Source of the DNA: Treponema sp.
GTDB lineage: Bacteria; Spirochaetota; Spirochaetia; Treponematales; Treponemataceae
NCBI GenBank assembly: GCA_050873685.1
Contig: JBNMJH010000009.1
Coordinates: forward strand, 43,591 to 107,590
Reading direction: 5' to 3'
DNA length: 64,000 nucleotides
This document shows positions 60,204 through 64,000 of this stretch, one piece after another; the stretch's first letter is position 1, and the number at the start of each line of letters is the position of its first letter. The notes beneath the pieces are model-generated. The model searched no databases. It was not told where the DNA came from and saw nothing but the letters and a program-made list of their open reading frames with translations. The translations under genes were made by a program, and so were the position numbers.

Positions 60204-60226
60204 TGACATTTTTTCAAAAAATGTCA
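60204..60226. promoter_or_regulatory. perfect 23-bp palindrome (candidate operator) flanked by two TTGACA boxes
   Basis: The palindrome is tgacatttttt-c-aaaaaatgtca. TTGACA boxes lie at 60203-60208 and 60227-60232, followed by TATAAA at 60248-60253. The site is ~65 nt upstream of the carboxyltransferase ATG. Confidence 0.55.
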
Positions 60227-60291
60227 TTGACACTAAAACATTGATTATATAAACTAAAAACGATAAGTGACTTTTGGAGGTTACCACTTAA

Positions 60292-61788
60292 ATGGCTTAC
60301 ACATACAATGTTGAAAAACAACACGAAAAAGGCAAATGGCATGCCATTGAACGAATCAACAATCTTGTAGACAAAGACTCTTTCATGGAAATTTATTCTG
60401 GAGTCCGCCACAACTGCACAAGTTTCGGAATGGAAAAAAAAGACATTCCTTATGACGGCGTAATCACTGGATTTGGAACAATCAACGGAAGAAAAGTAGC
60501 CGTATATGCTCAGGACTTTACAGTACAGGGCGGTTCGCTCGGATTAATGCACGGAAAAAAAATCGCTGAGCTTATCGACAAGGCAATTCAGGCAAGATGT
60601 CCTGTTATCGGAATAAACGATTCGGGCGGAGCGCGCATTCAGGAAGGCGTTGATGCGCTCTGCGGCTACGGTGATCTTTTTTACCAGAACGTAAGGGCTT
60701 CCGGCTCTGTTCCGCAGATTTCAATCATTGCAGGACCTTGCGCAGGCGGCGCTGTATATTCACCTGGAATAACAGACTTCATTTTTGCCGTTGACAAAAT
60801 TTCTCAGCTTTTTATCACAGGTCCGAAAGTTGTAAAATCGGTAATGTTCATGGATATTTCCGCGGAAGACTTAGGCGGCGCTTCAATCCATTCAAAGAAA
60901 TCCGGAGTTGCGCAGTTCCGCTGCATTTCCGAGCCTGAATGTTTTGAGAAAGTACGCAAGCTTCTTGATTACATTCCGCACTATTACGGCGATGAAATTG
61001 TTCAGGCGGCTAAATTCAAGTACGACGAGCACAAGAAATCAAAGCATATTGAAAAAATTCTTCCAGAAAACACACACAAAGGCTACGACATCCGCGAAGT
61101 AATTGAAGACGTTACTGATGACAACTCATTCTTTGAGACTTCAGCAGAATTCGCAATAAACTGCGTAACAGGCTTTGCAAAAGTTGAAGGCCGTTCAGTC
61201 GGAATCATTGCTAACAATCCAGCAGGAATGGGCGGTGTTCTTGACTGCGACGCTTCAGACAAAATTGCGCGCCACGTCCGCTACTGCGACGCATACAACA
61301 TTCCTCTTCTTACTTTTGTGGATGTTCCGGGATTCATTCCAGGACCTCAGGAAGAGCAGAAAGGTATCATCCGCCACGGAGCAAAAGTTATTTACGCATA
61401 CAGCGAATCCACAGTTCCAAAAGTAACTGTAATCACACGAAAAGCTTACGGCGGCGCATACATTGCAATGTGCTCAAAGCATATCGGAGCGGACTATGTT
61501 TACGCATGGCCAACTTCTGAAATCGCTGTTATGGGCGCAGACGGAGCAATCGGCATTCTTTACGCAAAGGATTTGAAAGACCCGGAAAAAGCCGAATATG
61601 TAGCTGAAAAGAAAGCCCAGTACGAGCAGGAAATCATGACACCGACAATCGCTGCAAAGCGCGGCTATATTTCTGAAGTAATTGAGCCTTCTGCAACACG
61701 CAAATATGTTGCAAACAGCTTCCGTTTCCTTGCAGACAAACAGTCAATGGACAAGCCTGCAAAGAAGCACGGAAATATTCCGTTATAA
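60292..61788 (+). CDS. acyl-CoA carboxylase carboxyltransferase subunit (methylmalonyl-/propionyl-CoA type)
   Basis: DSGGARIQEGVDALCGYGDLFYQNVRASGSVPQISIIAGPCAGGAVYSPGITDF and the second-domain motif VDVPGFIPG are present. Confidence 0.85.
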   Translation: MAYTYNVEKQHEKGKWHAIERINNLVDKDSFMEIYSGVRHNCTSFGMEKKDIPYDGVITGFGTINGRKVAVYAQDFTVQGGSLGLMHGKKIAELIDKAIQARCPVIGINDSGGARIQEGVDALCGYGDLFYQNVRASGSVPQISIIAGPCAGGAVYSPGITDFIFAVDKISQLFITGPKVVKSVMFMDISAEDLGGASIHSKKSGVAQFRCISEPECFEKVRKLLDYIPHYYGDEIVQAAKFKYDEHKKSKHIEKILPENTHKGYDIREVIEDVTDDNSFFETSAEFAINCVTGFAKVEGRSVGIIANNPAGMGGVLDCDASDKIARHVRYCDAYNIPLLTFVDVPGFIPGPQEEQKGIIRHGAKVIYAYSESTVPKVTVITRKAYGGAYIAMCSKHIGADYVYAWPTSEIAVMGADGAIGILYAKDLKDPEKAEYVAEKKAQYEQEIMTPTIAAKRGYISEVIEPSATRKYVANSFRFLADKQSMDKPAKKHGNIPL

Positions 61789-61805
61789 TACAACGCTGCA
61801 TGAAA

Positions 61806-61837
61806 ACAGGAAGAGCAAAATCTTCCTGTTTTTTTTT
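61806..61837 (+). terminator. rho-independent terminator
   Basis: An 8-bp perfect stem pairs acaggaag (61806-61813) with cttcctgt (61822-61829), followed by a T-run. Confidence 0.75.
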
Positions 61838-61851
61838 ATTTGCGGCGGAAT

Positions 61852-62280
61852 TTATTCCGCGTACCGCCCGAACAAATCCTCAAAGACTGTGCCGTCGGTG
61901 TAATAAATTTTTTCCGCATAAAACGATTCAACCACAGGAATTTCCGACTCATCATATTCAGCAAAAAAACCTGGACAGGCAAAGCGGCCTTCAATTTTTT
62001 TGCCTGGGTTCACAGATATTTCCATTGGAAGTTCAAGTGAAATTTCCGAGGACTCTCCATTTTCATTCTGCAAGAACGAAAGCGAAAAATCAACTTTTTC
62101 AACAGTCTTTTTGCTTTCGTTCAAAAAACTGAATGAAACCGCAAGGTCTTTTCCATCCGGCAAAAATTCAAATTCAGCGTAATACGGAACAGAAGATTTT
62201 ACAGAAACGCACGAGCTCAAGCAGAAAAACTGCGCGGCCGCCAAAAAAAACACAAAAAACAATTCAATTTTTTTTCTCAT
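61852..62280 (-). CDS. small lipoprotein of unknown function
   Basis: The signal peptide MRKKIELFFVFFLAAAQFFCLSSC carries a lipobox. Confidence 0.55.
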   Translation of the reverse strand: MRKKIELFFVFFLAAAQFFCLSSCVSVKSSVPYYAEFEFLPDGKDLAVSFSFLNESKKTVEKVDFSLSFLQNENGESSEISLELPMEISVNPGKKIEGRFACPGFFAEYDESEIPVVESFYAEKIYYTDGTVFEDLFGRYAE

Positions 62281-62439
62281 ACTAGTTTATAGTAAAAAAA
62301 AATCGAAAACAGAAGCAAATCACAAAAAATATGCGCAAATTTCCGCGGAAAAAACTCTCCTTGCCCATAGCTTTTTTTTGTGGTAGTATTTTTTTGGTTT
62401 TTAAAATCAGCAGAAAATCCGTAATTCGAGGGCACACCT

Positions 62440-63489
62440 ATGATTACTTACTGGCAGCAGCAGACAGGCGGAAAGCTTGTGAAAGTAAAAGAGGACGAAA
62501 TTGACGCGCAGTCACGGACATGGGTTGACGCCCGGGTTGTAACCCGCGATGATGTTGAGCAGCTGCAGGAAAACTACGGAATTGATCCAGAGCACATTCT
62601 TGATATTCTTGACCCTGACGAACTTTCTCGCCTGGAAGACGGCGATGACTACGTTCTTACAATTCTTAGGCTTCCGATTTTTGAGCCTTCCGCGGAAACG
62701 CCGTATTTTACGATTCCGCTTGGAATTATTCTTAAAGACAATGTTATAATCACAATCTGCTGGACTGACTGCGAAGTTCTTAGGGATTTTGCAACAGGAA
62801 GGGCAAAAGGAATTGTTCTTGCCGACTTTCCGGCGTTCATAATGCGGATTATCGGCCGCTCGAACATTACATTTCTGCGCTACCTGAAGGAAATAAACCG
62901 GCGCTCAACGGCAATCCAGAACGAGCTTCAGCTTTCTATTGAAAACAAGGAAATCATCCAGCTTCTTAGCCTTGAAAAGTCGCTTGTGTACTTCACAACT
63001 TCATTGAAAAGCAACCAGCTTCTTCTTGAAAAATTCCACAAGACGAAACTTATAAAGCTTGACTACGATGATATGGACTGGCTGGAAGACGTTGAAATCG
63101 ACAACAAGCAGGCTATCGAAATGGCCGACACCTACAGAAACGTTCTTCTTGGCGTAACAGACGCGTTTGACAGCGTTATTTCCAACAACCTGAACGTATA
63201 CATGAAAAGACTTTCAATCCTGAACATAATTATGATGGTTCCAACCTTCATAACAAGTTTTTTCGGAATGAATGTCGATTTGCCTTTTGTAAAATACGGA
63301 AGCCTTTCTGTATGGATAATTTCGGCAATCTGCCTTGTTTCAATTTTCATAACAAATGTGATTCTAGGATTCTACGAAACGAAATATCCTCGGAAGCAGA
63401 AGGAACCTAAAAAATCAATAACCCAGAAACGGAAAGAGCGGAAAGCCGCAAGACGTCTGAAGTCGATTGAGGCGGCTCTGGAAGAATAA
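62440..63489 (+). CDS. corA: CorA-family magnesium transporter
   Basis: It has the FFGMNV (GMN) signature before the last TM segment. Two C-terminal TM segments and the size are typical. Confidence 0.85.
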   Translation: MITYWQQQTGGKLVKVKEDEIDAQSRTWVDARVVTRDDVEQLQENYGIDPEHILDILDPDELSRLEDGDDYVLTILRLPIFEPSAETPYFTIPLGIILKDNVIITICWTDCEVLRDFATGRAKGIVLADFPAFIMRIIGRSNITFLRYLKEINRRSTAIQNELQLSIENKEIIQLLSLEKSLVYFTTSLKSNQLLLEKFHKTKLIKLDYDDMDWLEDVEIDNKQAIEMADTYRNVLLGVTDAFDSVISNNLNVYMKRLSILNIIMMVPTFITSFFGMNVDLPFVKYGSLSVWIISAICLVSIFITNVILGFYETKYPRKQKEPKKSITQKRKERKAARRLKSIEAALEE

Positions 63490-63491
63490 GC

Positions 63492-64000
63492 ATGAAAACA
63501 AAATTCTTGACCTTCATCCTTTTTATTTTTGCAGCTGATTTTTTTGCGCAGAATTCAAAAACTGCGTTCAACGAGCTAGACATGGTGGAAATTCCCGGCG
63601 GAACTTACACTATCGGTGAAAACGTCCAGACTTATACAGCAAAAAGAAAAGTCGGCGCTTTTTTAATGAACAAATACGAAACGCCCTACACGCTTTGGTT
63701 TCAGGTAAGAAAGGACGCTGAAAAAAACGGATACAAATTTCAAAATCCGGGCCAGGAAGGCTCAAGAGCGCGGCGCGGAAAACCACCGGCTCCAAAAAGT
63801 TTCGGGCAGCCTGTAACAATGATAAGCTGGCACGACGCGATTGTCTGGTGCAATGCGTTCAGCGAATACTGCGGGCTTACACCGTGCTACACATACAACG
63901 GTGAAGTTCTAAGAAATTCCTCGGACACTGCAAAATGCGATCTTGCAGAATGCAACTTCCAAGCAAACGGATTCAGGCTTCCAACAGAAGCAGAATGGGA
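63492..64000 (+). CDS. formylglycine-generating-enzyme (SUMF1/FGE-sulfatase) domain protein, partial (runs off window end)
   Basis: My own translation from ATG 63492 gives a signal peptide MKTKFLTFILFIFAADFFA. It continues MVEIPGGTYTIGEN...VTMISWHDAIVWCNAFSE...NGFRLPTEAEW, the FGE-sulfatase hallmark. No stop occurs before position 64000. Confidence 0.75.
   Translation, partial: MKTKFLTFILFIFAADFFAQNSKTAFNELDMVEIPGGTYTIGENVQTYTAKRKVGAFLMNKYETPYTLWFQVRKDAEKNGYKFQNPGQEGSRARRGKPPAPKSFGQPVTMISWHDAIVWCNAFSEYCGLTPCYTYNGEVLRNSSDTAKCDLAECNFQANGFRLPTEAEW

Overview
The 64-kb chromosomal window looks like a Treponema-like spirochaete. That call is an inference from gene families, not verified: TIGR01784-type Rpn / 'T. 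denticola putative transposase' paralogs, a GGGtGRT+NifU-like pair, a FecR+CHASE2 cyclase cluster, and many lipoproteins with loose lipoboxes. Almost every gene up to ~54 kb is on the minus strand.

Ordinary content:
- Housekeeping genes: tilS, rplY/ctc, spoVG, ispE, argG, argS, an EF-G paralog, tRNA-Gln(UUG), tRNA-Leu(GAG), corA and an acyl-CoA carboxyltransferase.
- A starch/maltodextrin locus (pullulanase, MalE/F/G-like ABC transporter, GH13 amylase), plus a second GH13 amylase lipoprotein elsewhere.
- A CHASE2 cyclase/FecR/outer-membrane cluster.
- A cell-envelope cluster (TPR lipoprotein, lytic transglycosylase, OmpA-like protein).

The accessory stretch is ~11.9-27.9 kb, and the best candidate for an undescribed system is at 24.19-25.09 kb:
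- A serine-invertase gene is bracketed by a perfect 24-bp inverted repeat.
- Each repeat copy lies in frame inside the signal-peptide coding region of one of two divergent, otherwise diverged lipoprotein genes.
- The segment between the repeats carries a near-consensus promoter, an RBS, an ATG and the first four codons for only one of the two genes. The other gene has no start codon.
- Inversion would swap expression reciprocally between the two genes.
- Each lipoprotein gene is followed by an omptin-like barrel gene, giving a mirror-image locus.

Other notable items:
- A recombination-scarred island (18.5-22.2 kb) holds one intact, one disrupted and one truncated Rpn-nuclease gene. It also holds higBA plus a deleted duplicate.
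- That island contains an array of seven 23-24-bp tandem units, each built around a 16-17-bp palindrome whose consensus has stops in all six frames.
- A G9 tract sits just upstream of an amylase lipoprotein gene that is sandwiched between an intact and a decayed copy of a small-gene/GNAT pair.
- An AT-rich two-gene island includes a DUF4145-like protein.
- A MoxR-AAA/VWA/unknown triad lies next to a hyper-acidic 92-aa protein.
- A DnaJ-type zinc-finger insertion sits in the periplasmic loop of the MalG-like permease.
- A 0.9-kb two-gene cassette is bracketed by 17-bp direct repeats.

No CRISPR array, rRNA, prophage structural genes or bounded IS element was seen. All calls come from reading the sequence and from motif recall; no searches were run.
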